In this document: in pieces, positions 11,898 through 25,591 of the stretch
Position numbering within the stretch: the stretch's first letter is position 1
Layout: the number at the start of each line of letters is the position of its first letter
Assembly (NCBI GenBank): GCA_030248215.1
Contig: JASANG010002859.1
Location: 372,001 to 436,000, forward strand
From: Enoplolaimus lenunculus
Lineage: Eukaryota
Length of the DNA stretch: 64,000 nt
Direction of reading: 5' to 3'
Made by a program: the position numbers and the translations under genes
The notes under the pieces: model-generated
The model's database searches: none
What the model was told of the DNA's origin: nothing
Seen by the model: the letters and a program-made list of their open reading frames with translations, nothing else

Positions 11898-12113
11898 CAT
11901 TGTAAAAAATGAGGAGTCAAATTGACTCTCTCGGAAATAGGCTTTTCCTGACTACACAAACTGAGTCAAATTTGACTCCAGAGTCAAATTCGACTCAATG
12001 AAACGCTAAGTGAATCAAATTTGATTCTGGCGAAGTCAAATTTGACTCGGTTTGAGTAGTCAGAAAAAACCTATTTCCGAGAGAGTCAATTTGACTCTCC
12101 ATTTATTACAGTG
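11898..12113. mobile_element. CACTG-family palindromic MITE (CACTA-like)
   Basis: TA-flanked long TIRs related to CACTGCAAAAAATGGTGAGTCAAATTGACTCTCTCCGAAATAGGC; internal GAGTCAAATTTGACTC palindromes. Confidence 0.8.
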
Positions 12114-13565
12114 TAAAAAGAACTCTTATACTCAAGCCCTCCCGGTCTTTAAACTTGATCAGTCCACCAGTATCTCATCAGGCAGACCTTTCTATATAAT
12201 TAACAGCAACCAAAATTGTAAACAAAACCAGTTCCAAAATCTTCGAAGCGTCTGTCAAAAATTTAACCAGAGCGTTAATAGCCAGCCGGAGCCTGAAATA
12301 GGTATATTCTACCAAACGCGGATTTAAAAACATATTTCCGGTTACTACTGCAACGATGCGAAAATAATATGAATTTTTGAAATGAATAACTAAATATTCA
12401 TGACTGACCTTTAATTTGGCAAAATAAGCATACGAATTGAACGAAACAAACTCTCACTGAATTAAACATAGGATTCTGTTTATTTCGAGGAATTGAAGCT
12501 AAAACTATTAGTTTTTATCGGCCCGTGTAAAGATCAGAGGCGGAACGTTTTTCTGCGGGAATGCAATTGAGTATTAATCGTAAGCTATAAACGAATTTCC
12601 TGTTTAGGTTTAGGCTTAGGCTTGCGTATAAGCTCATTCTTACGCTTTAGGCATAGGAATATGCACTGTAAATAATCAACTCACACGTAAAGTTAGTTTC
12701 TTCTGAGTTAATAACAGCAAACTTTAGTTCAGTTTGCGTTGTGTTGATTCTCGCACTGAGTTGATTATTTTGTATAAAATATGCATCATCTAAAATCTCA
12801 GTAAAATTTTTCAGCCTAAGAGATTTCTCACATTTTGCAAGCCACCAGCACGTAATAATTAATAAACACAGTCATTTGTTTGTGTAATTTTTTGCATTTT
12901 GAGCACGTTTTTTAAGCGTATTCCTAAGCCTAAGTCTGAGCGTTGCAAAAATGTGTTCCTAAGCCTAAACCTAAGCAAAAAACTGTAATCTAGAATCGAA
13001 ACCTACTCTTTTATAGACTCATCAGAAACTTGGACGCCCCTTAAAGTACCATGGACCCGAACCTAAATAAAGCATTTATTGCTTAGTGCAGTGTATTAAT
13101 GACAATTTACGGTATTAATAAGTTGTAAAAAATAAAAAGTGTTGATATACGCATAATTCTAACAAAATCGTTCGATATATTAATGTTAATTTAGCAGTTT
13201 TTAGCCGTATCATAGCTGGTTTACTACTACGCAATATAATTTTTTATGGTACGGTGATGGCTGTTGTATACCTCACTTGCTCATATATAAGGTTAACGCA
13301 CAGGGCTCAGGCTTGAGCTCAACTAACTCTAAGCCTAATCGTAAATGTGGGCAAAGTGTACAAGAGACAAAAACGACCAATTTTGGCCAACCTATGACCG
13401 CAATTCTTTTAGCGAACGAACTAAACTCATTGATCCTGTTCAGTGACCTCTATCATTGAAGAATGTAGCTGGTCAAGTGTGAAAACGAAATCTTCTTACA
13501 ATTGAGAGCTTTAAGTAGACTTTTTCATTCTACGGTTTTATTCGTATGATCATCATAGTATAATT

Positions 13566-13904
13566 GGCCCATGTATAGAACACGGCCGGATCGTTTTCCG
13601 GAGGGGCTATAATCGAGTCAGTTTAAGCTTTAGACTATTTTTTGCTTAGGCATAGGTTTAGGCTTAGGCTTAGGAATAGGCTCATCCATACGCTTAAGCT
13701 TAGGCTTAGGCTTAGGCTTAGAAATAGGCCCATCCATACGCTTAGGCTTACGCTTAGGCTTAGGAATAGGCTCATGCATACGCTTAGGCTTAGGCTTAGG
13801 CTTAGGCTTAGGAATAGGCTCATCCATACGCTTAGGCTTAGACTTAGGCTTAGGCTTAGGAATATGCTTATACTACTGTTCCGTCCCTGTTCTATACATT
13901 TGCC
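13566..13904. mobile_element. TTAGGC-MITE subfamily A, expanded interior
   Basis: Perfect TSD GTATAATT; four [AATAGGCTCATCCATACGC + (TTAGGC)n] modules. Confidence 0.92.
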
Positions 13905-14262
13905 GTATAATTGCATGGAGTCGAGATAAGGCACAACATAAAACCATCGACGTTATGTGAAAAATACTTGGCATGGCGCATTTTAAACGCTTGCCATATT
14001 TGTCCAGACAGTCTTATTATATTGTTTTTGTGAGTTTTCTTGAGAATCGTACGGCATATTTAAGCATATTTTAGGGTTTTGTTTTTCCGAAACAATTGAA
14101 TCGTCCCGAAATAACGTTTTTTCTATTTTTTTTCTAAAAAAACTGAAAAAATAAAAAAACATGACTGTACTCGTGTTTCAACCAATCCAGAGAGGTTATT
14201 AGACACTAGGTCTGGTGCGATAATGATGGTAAGAGATTCACATGCTTATTTATCAAGACGTA

Positions 14263-14709
14263 CTGTAGTGATCCGAATAGGAGAGGGCGACTGATATTTA
14301 TTTGGCCTCGCCAGAAGGAAGCCCCCCTTGTTATTCGGTTACGGATTGTTATTTATTTTTAACCCACGCGCCGCCGCCCTTCGTTACTGATATATATCCG
14401 GTAATGCCATTATCCGTTGAATTAAACGTCGATTTGTCTTTGTGTCAATAGCTTGAGCGATAATGCACGGTTATACTTAGGAATGATACTTTCAAAATTT
14501 AAGTACGCTTTAAAGTTTCGAATTCAAATTATTTGGTTCTGGAGTCATTTTTGCGCTATAATTAGGGATAATTGACATTTATGGACTCTAATTAGGGCTT
14601 AGGGGCTTTATCCGCTTACGAACACTTGTTAGAGATACGGACTCCTATTGATTGGAACCCAAAATGGGGACCCCTCTTATTAGCCCCCCTATTATTCGGG
14701 TCAATACAG
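14263..14709. mobile_element. Tc1/mariner-type MITE
   Basis: TA-flanked family TIRs. Confidence 0.85.
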
Positions 14710-15589
14710 TAGCAACATTTTACAACTATAACATCTGATAAGCTAAGGGTATACACGCTACAAAAGTTTCCGATGTCTAATAGATGGCATGCGCCAACTA
14801 GCTGGCTACAAACTTGTGGGGTTGAGTTCAGCAAAAAAACTGCTAACAAGATTTGCGTCCGTCACCGTGTGTCAGCGTGCGTCACAGTGCGTGGAGCATA
14901 TTCTTAAGCCTAAGACTAAGCCTACGAGTAAAAATGAGCATATTTCTAAGCCTAAGCCTAAGCCAAAGTCTAAGACAAGCTAAAAAATTTATCTAAAGCT
15001 TAAGCTTACTCTTTTCTAGTACCACAGAGAAACGTTCCGCCCCTGATCTTTACATGAGCCGACATATGGTACATTTATTCAGACCTCACAAAATCAAGTA
15101 AGTCAGCGCCCTTTTACAATTAGTGTAACTCGTTCCGGGTGGGATGTAGAAGGGTGGCTGTTGCGTAATTTATTTGCTAAAATAAACGTATTTGAAAAAA
15201 GAATTTCTGTTGTTTTCCGTTTTTTCACATATTCAGAAAAAACGCTAAATCCAGACAAAAACTGTTTGCCATTGGTTGTTTTCTATGTTTATACTACTGT
15301 TCCGGCACTGTTCTATACATGGGCCACAATTTCTATTAACGTTAACGCTGAACGCGTGTAATTTCGAAATTGTACTTTGACAAGCGAAGGTAAAACGTTA
15401 TATATTTTTAATTTTTCTCTCAAATACTTGAAACAATTTAAAAACTCGTCATATATATTTTAAACTTATCTAACAACCTATGACGTCCCTATTTAGTTTT
15501 TCTAAAACGGCTCCGCTTCAGAATTTAATTTTCCATATTTATGGCATGAAAAAATGCTTTTACGTAATTGCTAGCAATATTTTCTATCA

Positions 15590-15730
15590 GGCCAATGTAT
15601 AGAACGGCCGGAACAGTAGTATAATTCTATTCCTAAGCCTGAGCCTAAGCAAAAAAATTAGTCTACAGCTTAAACTGACTCAATTATAGCCCTTTCGGTA
15701 AACGATCTGGCCCTGTTCTATACATGTGCC
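15590..15730. mobile_element. TTAGGC-MITE subfamily A, minimal copy
   Basis: Both TIRs with only about 3 GCCTAA units. Confidence 0.8.
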
Positions 15731-15954
15731 TTCTCTTATATATCTTCCTACTGTACTATGTGTCCACTATAATTAAATTTTTGATCAACCTTCAAATTTC
15801 AGCTTATTAATGGTAAAAATTAATGATTTTGACCATACAAATTCTTCAAATCAATATTTAAATCAATGCTGTACAATACCGTGGTTTGTTTTGATTTTGC
15901 TTCGATATTAATTTGTAAGCTATAGAGCAGCAGACAAGTTTATTATTCGGTGGC

Positions 15955-16069
15955 CAATATACGTATGTGTGCGTTCTAGCTTTAATTATAAACATGTCTG
16001 AATATTTGTTCCATGCTGGAACGGTGGTCAAAATACGGATGCGGGACGTTCCAGCTTTAATAATATAGA
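15955..16069 (-). mobile_element. Helitron-like 5' end(s)
   Basis: Minus strand TCTATATTATTAAAGCTGGAACG, with a second degenerate copy at about 15960-15990. Confidence 0.45.
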
Positions 16070-16647
16070 CAGATTGTCACTTGTGAAACTTGGAAGATCG
16101 TGAGACTTGAAAATTCGGCTGCAAGGTCATATGTAAATTAAATACCTAAAACGGCTTAATTAGCTATCTTTCGGAACAGTGGTTATAGGCCGGTGTTGTC
16201 GAGATATACGGCTTTTTGATACGGAATTTGAGTGCTCGTAATATTACGGTTAATTAATTCCGGCTCTCGGTTTACGGTATCATTTACACCGATTTCATAC
16301 AATGTTTAGTTTTATGGTGATTTATAAAACGGTAATGTTGCATTATTCGAAGGATGACGTTTACGAGAACGCGTCATTCACGAAACATTAGCTGTTGATA
16401 ATTGCTCCAGCCAATTAGCGCATTCTCGTTGTGCGGCATACAAGACTCTGTTCAATAAAATATAAATTTAAAAATTTGGCTAAATTTTTTTCAATAAATT
16501 TAAAACAAACCATGCGCCATAAAGTTTCAAAAATATGGCAAATACAATTTTATTGCAAACATTAATTTCGGCTGCAACATCGAAAAAATTACTTTTAATG
16601 TAGAGCTCTTTTTTGCTGATGAAGACGTTTCTCATGTTCATTTCGGT

Positions 16648-16828
16648 GGCCAATGTAAAGATCTGGGGCGGAACGTTTTTCTGTAGGACTGTAGCTTAAG
16701 CTTTAGACTATTTTTTGCTTGGTTTAGGCTTTGGCGTAAGAATAAACCCTTTTTGACGCTAAGGCTTAGGCTTAGTCTTTGGAATAAGTTTATGATACTG
16801 TTCCGCCCCTGTTCTTTTTACATTGGCC
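16648..16828. mobile_element. TTAGGC-MITE subfamily B
   Basis: Perfect TSD ATTTCGGT. Confidence 0.9.
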
Positions 16829-17126
16829 ATTTCGGTCATCCGGTAGCAAAAGTAGTAATAGAATGCGCAATAAAAATATTTTTAAACATTTTAAGAAAAT
16901 ATGGTTTGAGTTTTTAGGATAATTGAACGCATAATTTTTTTCAATTTAATTGTGTTTTGTTGAAAACAAATTTTGTCGAATTATCGCATTCGGATTCGTG
17001 AGAATTGAGCAAAATTTGGTTCACTGATTTGTAGAAGAATTATTTTGTATTGCACAACATTGTATCTATACAATTATATGTAACTTCAATTTTATAGCAA
17101 TGAAAATTCACATTCTTTGTCATGGG

Positions 17127-17916
17127 TAGAGATGCACGCTACCCGCAGATATACGTGGGACAGGTAAGAAAACTTTGTCCCGGGGAGTAAAGAATTTTAA
17201 AGCTCGGGTGAAAATCTGTCATTTGTTACCCGTCTAAATTTTTCATACCAACTCAAAACCAGATAATGTAGAAAAACTCGTATTTTTTAAACTGTTTTTA
17301 CCGTATGAGTGAAAAATGAGTATGGCATTCTTGAAATTTCTTATTAAATATTGAAAAATATTTGCAGGTTTTTGAATGGCAGCAACAGTATTTCTTATTG
17401 CATTTGCCGTCATTTTTCACCGTTCCTATAGAGGTTATATTTTTGTTTAGCTTGGAACAATATGTTCACAAGTTTTCTGAATGAGATCTTAAAACAAATT
17501 TCGACGAAACCATGCATGGTACTTACGTTCTTTTTATAATGATTTTGTACAGACAAGAATGTTTTGTTCACTATCACCCATCGGCAAACAACCTAGTCTT
17601 TAACAGCGATAGATGTAATGTGCAATATTATCCAGTGTTGCATTTTATGCTTAATTGCTTGTTTTGAAAGTTACTAATAAAGAGGTTTTAAACGTAAATC
17701 GATAGTGTATTAACATCAGCGAACTGTAAAATTACACAATTGTATTGCACGCAGAAGAAAAGTAAGAGCGGGTAAAGGCGGGTAACGGTAAAGGAATTTT
17801 GCGTGCGCGGGTAAAGGCTGGTAACGGGTAAAGCAATTATGCGCAGATATACCAAAAAATAAAATTTCGCGAGAAAGTGCAACGCGGGTAAGTATCAGCA
17901 CCCTCTTACACCACTG
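17127..17916. mobile_element. hAT-type non-autonomous element (TACCCGC/GCGGGTA subterminal motifs)
   Basis: TAGAGATG...CACCACTG with partial TSD gtcatggg/gtcatgat; related to 63304-63767. Confidence 0.55.
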
Positions 17917-17981
17917 GTCATGATTGCAGAATCAATTGTAGTCATACCAACAGTGTTTTAGGTTAAACTGAATAGATTATA

Positions 17982-18030
17982 TCTATATTATTAAAGCTGG
18001 AACGCCCAACATACGTATTTTGTGCACCAT
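17982..18030 (+). mobile_element. Helitron-like 5' end
   Basis: A|TCTATATTATTAAAGCTGGAACG; the same core occurs at about 42508. 3' end not located. Confidence 0.45.
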
Positions 18031-18729
18031 TTAAGTTGAGCAGTAAAAATAGTTTTTGAAAATATATAACATGATCGTTGGACCAAAGAATTTGTATATA
18101 TATTCATTGGCCAGTTCTTAAGCGTAAAAGGTCTGTATATATTACGGAATGCATTCAAGTAGCGTTTATACTTTGAGATTGCATACCTGTTGTGAAAGCG
18201 TTTGTTTGAATTCCCTGTACATTAACAAAGTTGCACCTATGTGCACTTCAGGCCACTGTTGTTGTCTTAATTGCAAAAATAATCGTAACAGTGCGTGGAT
18301 ACCATTATCAGATTGACATATTTTGAGTAAATGAATACTGTTTGTTTACGCTACTGTCACGGTCCTGTTCTATACATTGGCCAAACATTTCAACGCACAC
18401 CATGTTCTTCTGTGTGCTATAATGTGTCAGACTCCAATGTACACACTCTTGCTTTTACCAGGTAGAAATAATTGTTTCCTTTTAAGTACCACCTTGGCCA
18501 AATACGAAAATACAATTTCGTAATATAAACATTTATGCGAAATCGGAATTTAAGGAATTAATTACAGAATTTGTTTGCTTCTAATATCAGTTTTTTAAAT
18601 GTTATAATGCTCTTCGAAGCCATAACTTCCTATCTTTTTTGTTCGAAATGGTTTCTGACTTCCTGGTACATATATCACGCCGTTGTTTCAAAATTGTGGT
18701 ATGTGGTATCTAGAAACTTAATGGGTCAC

Positions 18730-18904
18730 CAATGGCGGATCCATGGGGGGCCACCCCGTCCGTGCCCACCCTTCCCAGCAGCATCTCGACAAAAAATATA
18801 TAACAATTTTATGGCAATAGTTCGTGGTTTGTGTGTGGGTGAAAAATTAGTTTATTACCCGTGAAATTTTTCACCCCCCATTTTAAATCCTGGATCCGCC
18901 ACTG
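18730..18904. mobile_element. hAT-type MITE (CAGTGGCGGATCC family)
   Basis: caatggcggatcca ... tggatccgccactg; TSD tgggtcac/tgggacat. Confidence 0.75.
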
Positions 18905-19121
18905 TGGGACATCGTTTGTCACCCATACTGGGATTGCTATTTCAATCATATATATTAACCAAATACTTGCATTTTGCTGCCGTCATTCAACAAACTTTCA
19001 AGAAAGCCAAATTAGATTGGGTTTGACTGGATTTTGAAAATTTCAAATTAGCAAATGTTACAGTTTTAAAGGATCCTTTGGATTTCTGTTTTGATACAGC
19101 ATCACATGACAGTTTAGCATA

Positions 19122-19569
19122 TTTTAGTGACCCCAAATAAGAGGGGGTAATAAGAGGGGTCTCCATTTTGAGCCCCAATCAATAGGAGTAAGTATCCGAA
19201 TAAGAGTCCGTAAGCTGATAGAGTCTCTAAACCCTAATTAGAGCCCTTAAATGTCAAATTTCCATAATTGTAGCGCATAAATAACTCCAGGACCAAATAA
19301 AGTTGAGTTCGAAACTTTATAGCGTATTTATATAAGTTTTGAGTGTAACATTCCAAAGTATAACCTTGCATTATCGCTCAAGCTTTTGATGCACGGCAAA
19401 AAACGTTCAATTCAACGGGTAGTTTGCAGTACCGGACATGTATGTCAGTAACGAAAGATGGCGGAGGGCTGGAAGAAACTAAATAACACTCCGTAACCTA
19501 ATAAACGGAGGGGTACTCTCTGGAGAGGCCAAATGAATATCAGTCCCCACTCTTATTCGGGTACTACAG
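19122..19569. mobile_element. Tc1/mariner-type MITE (reverse orientation)
   Basis: Family interior; intact right TIR followed by TA. Confidence 0.8.
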
Positions 19570-20222
19570 TACAATTTCACTTTTAGCCATTGTTTCAATT
19601 CGGTTATTTTACTCTTGGTTAAAATATAATTATTAATCGCGGAGACTTCAGACGAAAATTTAAATTTGAACCTACGATAAATAGTATTTTCAAACAAAAT
19701 GATCCACCACATGGTAACCATGCAATCTCCACATTTCATAATATTTGAACCAGCAAAACATTATTCAGTAAATGTATTTAAACTGTTTTTAAACATTTTC
19801 TGTTGTGATTTTTTAGTTTCGCTCACTTTCATTCCGTTCAAACATCAGATTAATGGCTCATTTAGAACAGGTTAAGTTTGAGCTGATTTAATAAATTACT
19901 TAAACTCTACGTAGGATTCTGATTAAGTTTTAGATCAGTAAGCAGGACCAAAGAAGGTCAAGATGTGACCTTTTAAGTATGATGCAATCTGTTTATCTGA
20001 AAATTACATTGCGTTTTGTGCCGTCTTGCAAAATAGGTCCAAAATAAGGTGAGGTTTACAACACGAACTCAAGTTTTTAGTCAATGTTAAATTATCAAAA
20101 AAGTTTAATGAAAAAACAAGCGTTAAAACTGTAATATTTCGGAACACACAACTTCTTACTTTTATGGCAGTGGTCGTTGTACTACAGTCTATTCATTATT
20201 GGGGTGGACTGCGGGAAGACAA

Positions 20223-23200
20223 CATACCCGAGCGTAAGGAAAAAAAGGTAATTGCAGGGGTGCCGGAAGCAAACTAATATTGAAGGCACAATGGTACCTA
20301 AAATGGTCGAATGCTAAAGAGCGTTATTTTGCCAAAATCACATTGTTTTGCTAAAAAATGTAGTAGAAGATGTTCCAGTAAAATGAGGTATTCATTTTAA
20401 CTCTACAGTTCGCGAAAGCTTTTCTTCGCTTTTTTTATCATCACATAAAACGAAATCGTTTGTGTCATTCACTGGCAATTTATCAACGATATCTGGATAA
20501 ATGCTCATTATCAGCATGTGATTTAATCGCTTTTGTGTCTATGTAAACCTCAACAGTGCCGGAGCAGACAAGCGTTGGGGTTCTCCAATAACTCCTTTGT
20601 GGAGGCCCCTGACGTAGAGGTAGATCCAGAATTTCTTGGCGTTGGATCTGAGGTTCTCTGTCCGAGCTCACGCTCGTGTTTGATAGCTGTGAAGACACCC
20701 TTCCAAAAAGTTTCACACAAAAGTTGCAAAATGGTGAATCTAGAAAGTGAACCTAACTATACAATTTTCATATGCCCAACCAAAGGAGACAGCACACGAC
20801 ACACCTTGTCCCACCAAAACTGTTTTTATTACCGTTCCAGAATATTTCATTTCGGGTGAGTTATATTTTCTTAAGTGTAATTGTAGGCCAGTGCGTGTAG
20901 CGAGAGAGAAAAATTGTTAAGAATTAGCAACCAAGTGGTTATGCATGATAACTTTATCTTGCGCCTGCCCTGTGGAAAATGAAATTTTTTTAACCACTAC
21001 ACAAAGTTAAGATAGAACAGAAGTTAAAAAACATATTTTAAAAATCATATTTCATTTTACTAATACTCTTTTAAGTTAGTCTCGTACATGATTCTTATCA
21101 ATTTACCATTACTGTCAATGGTAATTGACCTCCAAGGTCAATTGAAACTGAAAAATTTGTAAGATATCAGACGATTTATTTCATTGTAAATTTTAAGGAC
21201 AGCAGTAGTAAATTGAAACTTTATATGCAGATGATTATATTTACTCCATATTAAATAGATTAAATTTTAATTAGCTTAATATATTTACTTCGAAATTACT
21301 TGAGAAATTTTAGCATACCCGAGCGTAAGGAAAAAAGGGTAATTGCAGAGGCGCCGGAAGCAAACTAATATTGAAGGCACAATGGTACCTAAAATGGTCG
21401 AATGCAAAAGAGCGTTATTTTGCCAAAATCACATTGTTTTGCTAAAAAATGTAGTAGAAGATGTTCCAGTAGAATGAGGTATTCATTTTAACTCTACAGT
21501 TCGCGAAAGCTTTTCTTCGCTTTTTTTCATCATCACATAAAACGAAATCGTTTGTGTCATTCACTGGCAATTTATCAACGATATCTGGATAAATGCTCAT
21601 TATCAGCATGTGATTTAATCGCTTTTGTGTCTATGTAAACCTCAACAGTGCCGGAGCAGACAGGCGTTGGGGTTCTCCAATAACTCCTTTGTGGAGGCCC
21701 CTGACGTAGAGGTAGATCCAGAATTTCTTGGCGTTGGATCTGAGGTTCTCTGTCCGAGCTCACGCTCGTGTTTGATAGCTGTGAAGACACCCTTCCAAAA
21801 AGTTTCACACAAAAGTTGCAAAATGGTGAATTTAGAAAGTGAACCTAACTATACAATTTTCATATGCCCAACCAAAGGAGACAGCACACGACACACCTTG
21901 ACCCACCAAAACTGTTTTTATTACCGTTTCAGAATATTTCATTTCGGGTGAGTTATATTTTCTTAAGTGTAATTGTAGGCCAGTGCGTGTAGCGAGAGAG
22001 AAAAATTGTTAAGAATTAGCAACCAAGTGGTTATGCATGATAACTTTATCTTGCGCCTGCCCTGTGGAAAATGAAATTTTTTAACCACTACACAAAGTTA
22101 AGATATAACAGAAGTTAAAAAACATATTATAAAAATCATATTTCAATTTACTAATACTGTTTTAAATTAGTCTCGTACATGATTCTTATCAATTTACCAT
22201 TACTGTCAATAGTAATTGACCTCAAAGGTCAATTAAAACTGAAAAATTTGTAAGATATGAGACGATTTATTTCATTGTAAATTTTAAGGACAGCAGTAGT
22301 AAATTGAAACTTTATATGCAGATGATTATATTTACTCCATATTAAATAGATTAAATTTTAATTAGCTTAATATATTTACTTCGAAATTACTTGAGAAATT
22401 TTAGCATACCCGAGCGTAAGGAAAAAAAGGGTAATTGCAGGGGCGCCGGAAGCAAACTAATATTGAAGGCACAATGGTACCTAAAATGGTCGAATGCTAA
22501 AGAGCGTTATTTTGCCAACATCCCATTGTTGTGCTAAAAAATGTAGTAGAAGATGTTCCAGTAAAATGAGGTATTCATTTTAACTCTACAGTTCGCGAAA
22601 GCTTTTTTCGCTTTTCATCATCACATAAAATGAAATCGTTTGTGTCTTTCACTGTCAATTTATCAACGATATCTAGATAAATGCTCATTATCAGCATGTG
22701 ATTTAATCGCTTTTGTGTCTATGTAAACCTCAACAGCGCCGGAGCAGACAGGCGTTGGGGTTCTCCAATAACTCCTTTGTGGAGGCCCCCGACGTAGAGG
22801 TAGGTCCAGAATTTCTCGGCGTTGGATCTGAGGTTCTCTGTCCGAGCTCACGCTCGTGTTTGATAGCTGTGAAGACACCCTTCCAAAAAGTTTCACACAA
22901 AAGTTGCAAAATGGTGAATCTAGAAAGTGAACCTAACTATACAATTTTCATATGCCCAACCAAAGGAAACAGCACACGACACATCTTGACCCACCAAAAC
23001 TGTTTTTATTACCGTTCCAGAATATTTCATTTCGGGTGAGCTATATTTTCTTAAGTGTAATTGTAGGCAGTGCGAGTAGCGAGAGAGAAAAATTGTTAAG
23101 ATTTAGGCACCAAGTGGTTATGCATGATAACTTTATCTTACGCCTGCCCTGTGGAAAATGAAATTTTTTTAACCACTACACAAAGTTAAGATATAACAGA

Positions 23201-23492
23201 AGTTAAAAAACATATTTTAAAAATCATATTTCATTTTACTAATACTCTTTTAAATTAGTCTCGTACATGATTCTTATCAATTTACCATTACTGTCAATAG
23301 TAATTGACCTCAAAGGTCAATTGAAACTGAAAAATTTGTAAGATATGAGACGATTTATTTCATTGTAAATTTTAAGGACAGCAGTAGTAAATTGAAACTT
23401 TATATGCAGATGATTATATTTACTCCATATTAAATAGATTAAATTTTAAATAGCTTAATATATTTACTTCCAAATTATTTGAGAAATTTTAG
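20223..23492. repeat. Tandem triplication of an about 1.09-kb unit
   Basis: Near-identical units start CATACCCGAGCGTAAGG at 20223, 21314 and 22405; the ORF track shows three near-identical ORF pairs. Confidence 0.97.
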
Positions 23493-24132
23493 TAAAATTT
23501 TAATTCTAGGTGCAAACAGATAACATCTAAGAGGTCAAATACTTTAGCGCATGCGAGAAGCCAGACATATTTCAAACCTTCGGCGGTTTTTGTTTCAACC
23601 GGTTAAATTGAGGGCGGTCTTAGGGGTTGGCCCCTCAAATGGGTGTATGGAGGTGAAGTTTTTAACATTCGAAGCGTTGTAAATTTCTTCTGCAGGTATA
23701 AAAGTTGCTGGATTCCAAATAAAATTAAATCATCCTGCAACTTCAATCATTCCACGTCAATATATCCGCTATATTGTTTTTCAATAATCTGAAGCCCAGA
23801 CTGATTACTTTCCTCACTAATCCCGGTATTTGTTCTGCGGTACGTTTTTCCAGTTTAATTTAAGTTACTTTAATCATTACACGTTTCTGGGTCTGTTATT
23901 TTTGCTACTCGTTTACAGCCTGGTTTCGATATTTTTACCGATATTAGTGTATATTGACTAGTTTGGTGTTCATCTAAAGCGTACAAATTTAATAACGGAT
24001 TGGGTTGTGTTTATGGAACACGTATATCGACAATATGATATTGTGAGCTCTGGGCAATATTAGGGACTGTGCCTCCACAATCTGAACATTGAATGGCAAG
24101 CGCCCACGATGCCCCCACTTCCTGCGGCAATG
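20255..24132. mobile_element. Candidate hAT-like non-autonomous element whose left part is triplicated
   Basis: Left CAGGGG(T/C)GCCGGAAG and right CTTCCTGCGGCAATG; 8-bp flanks ggtaattg/agtaattg; inverted subterminal AGGCACA/TGTGCCT. Confidence 0.45.
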
Positions 24133-25591
24133 AGTAATTGTAATTGTACGGGCCCGAGGTGTGTTAATTTCAAATCAAAGACTCATAATTCTACATATTC
24201 TTCTCGTAAGCGATTTACCTGCATTTCAATCTCATAAAAGGTTCTCAAAAATAATGTACCAGTACATATAAATCATTGACACGTGTCAGGCGCCACTTCT
24301 TATACGGGTTCTAAATTAGCCTGAAGGGATTTGCTTAACTGACCCCATTCTTTGTAGTACTCAGTGTTCAGTATACTCAACTCGACTCCACAGTATTTGC
24401 AGATATCCGTTGTAAGAGTGTGCAAGTCTGTAAGTCGACTTACAATGGTTTAGCATGATCGGGTTTTGAACCGATATTTGGATATTTAATTTGAATCGCG
24501 GACGGTAGCACAAGTGGACACCGTAGCTCCGATTGTTAGTGAACTTTTATCCAATTTTTCAATACACACACTATAGTGCTCGCACAATTTGTGTTCGCAC
24601 AGAACACCACGCGAGGCGTCGCCTTGCCCAGCCTTCTGAGGTCAACGGGCCAAGTCCAGGTCCATGAGCCATTAGCACAGTGATGCCAGAATGTGTCTGC
24701 TTATAAAGGAGTCCGACGGTTTCAGATAGTCATTTGTAACGTAACGTTGAGACGTTTGCCGTTGACAATCACACACGCTGGGTTACCTTGTTTACTGTTG
24801 ATTGCATATGCTGCTGATGCGCGACATCCCTCGTGTCATGACTTTTGAATGATCTTCCCAGTACATCATAAGTGTAAAAGTAGCCACGGGTAGGCGTCAT
24901 TCAGAACTGTCAGACTTGTATGGAGGCTTATGCATCATCATAAAATTTTGCATCTGCAATTGTTTTGGATCAACAAGAACCCTCGTGTTAATTAAACCTA
25001 ATTTATTTTGAATTATAGGACGAAATTATTTATGCTTTTCATGTTCCGAAAAATTGCGCTGGCAGCTCCGTTCAATGAAAGTTTTAACAAATAATACCAA
25101 AATTTAGCACATTTATTCACGTTTTAGCTTACAATTAATAATTAATAAGTATTTATTAAGCCTATTGTGCCGAATAGCTCTATACATGACGGATAATAGC
25201 ATATAAGTTTACTTTTTGGTGAGAGTATTTGTATACTCTCACAGTGTCTTGATCTTACCAATGCATACACAAAACATAAAGCAATAGAATTATGGTCCTA
25301 AGGATATTTTCGAAGATGCCCTAAATCAAGTATTTTTGAAGAAATGTTTTAAAAATTACAAAAATTTCATTTGATTTGCAAATAAAAATTCTTTTAATTT
25401 CTTTACTTGTCTGAACGGAGTCGACGTATACAATACCCATTAGACAGTCATAGTGTTTGGTCTTCAATAAAATCTATACAAACAAAACTCACTCAATGTT
25501 AGATAACTGTATTTGGTATAGTATGTAGGTCTAAGATTACAATTTTTAACTCTTGATCAATTAGAAGATAGCTGTCATTTAAACTCAACCC

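Noticed and set aside
13630..13934. ORFs with LSLSLS / PKPKPK / LRLRLR / LGLGLG runs (also 6570, 33960, 47809, 48736, 49061, 54117, 54947, 55617)
   Set aside because: These are translations of TTAGGC/GCCTAA repeats inside MITEs, not proteins.
20483..20859. 77-aa and 108-aa ORFs in the triplicated unit as real genes
   Set aside because: Non-ATG starts and no recognisable domain; their conservation is explained by recent duplication.
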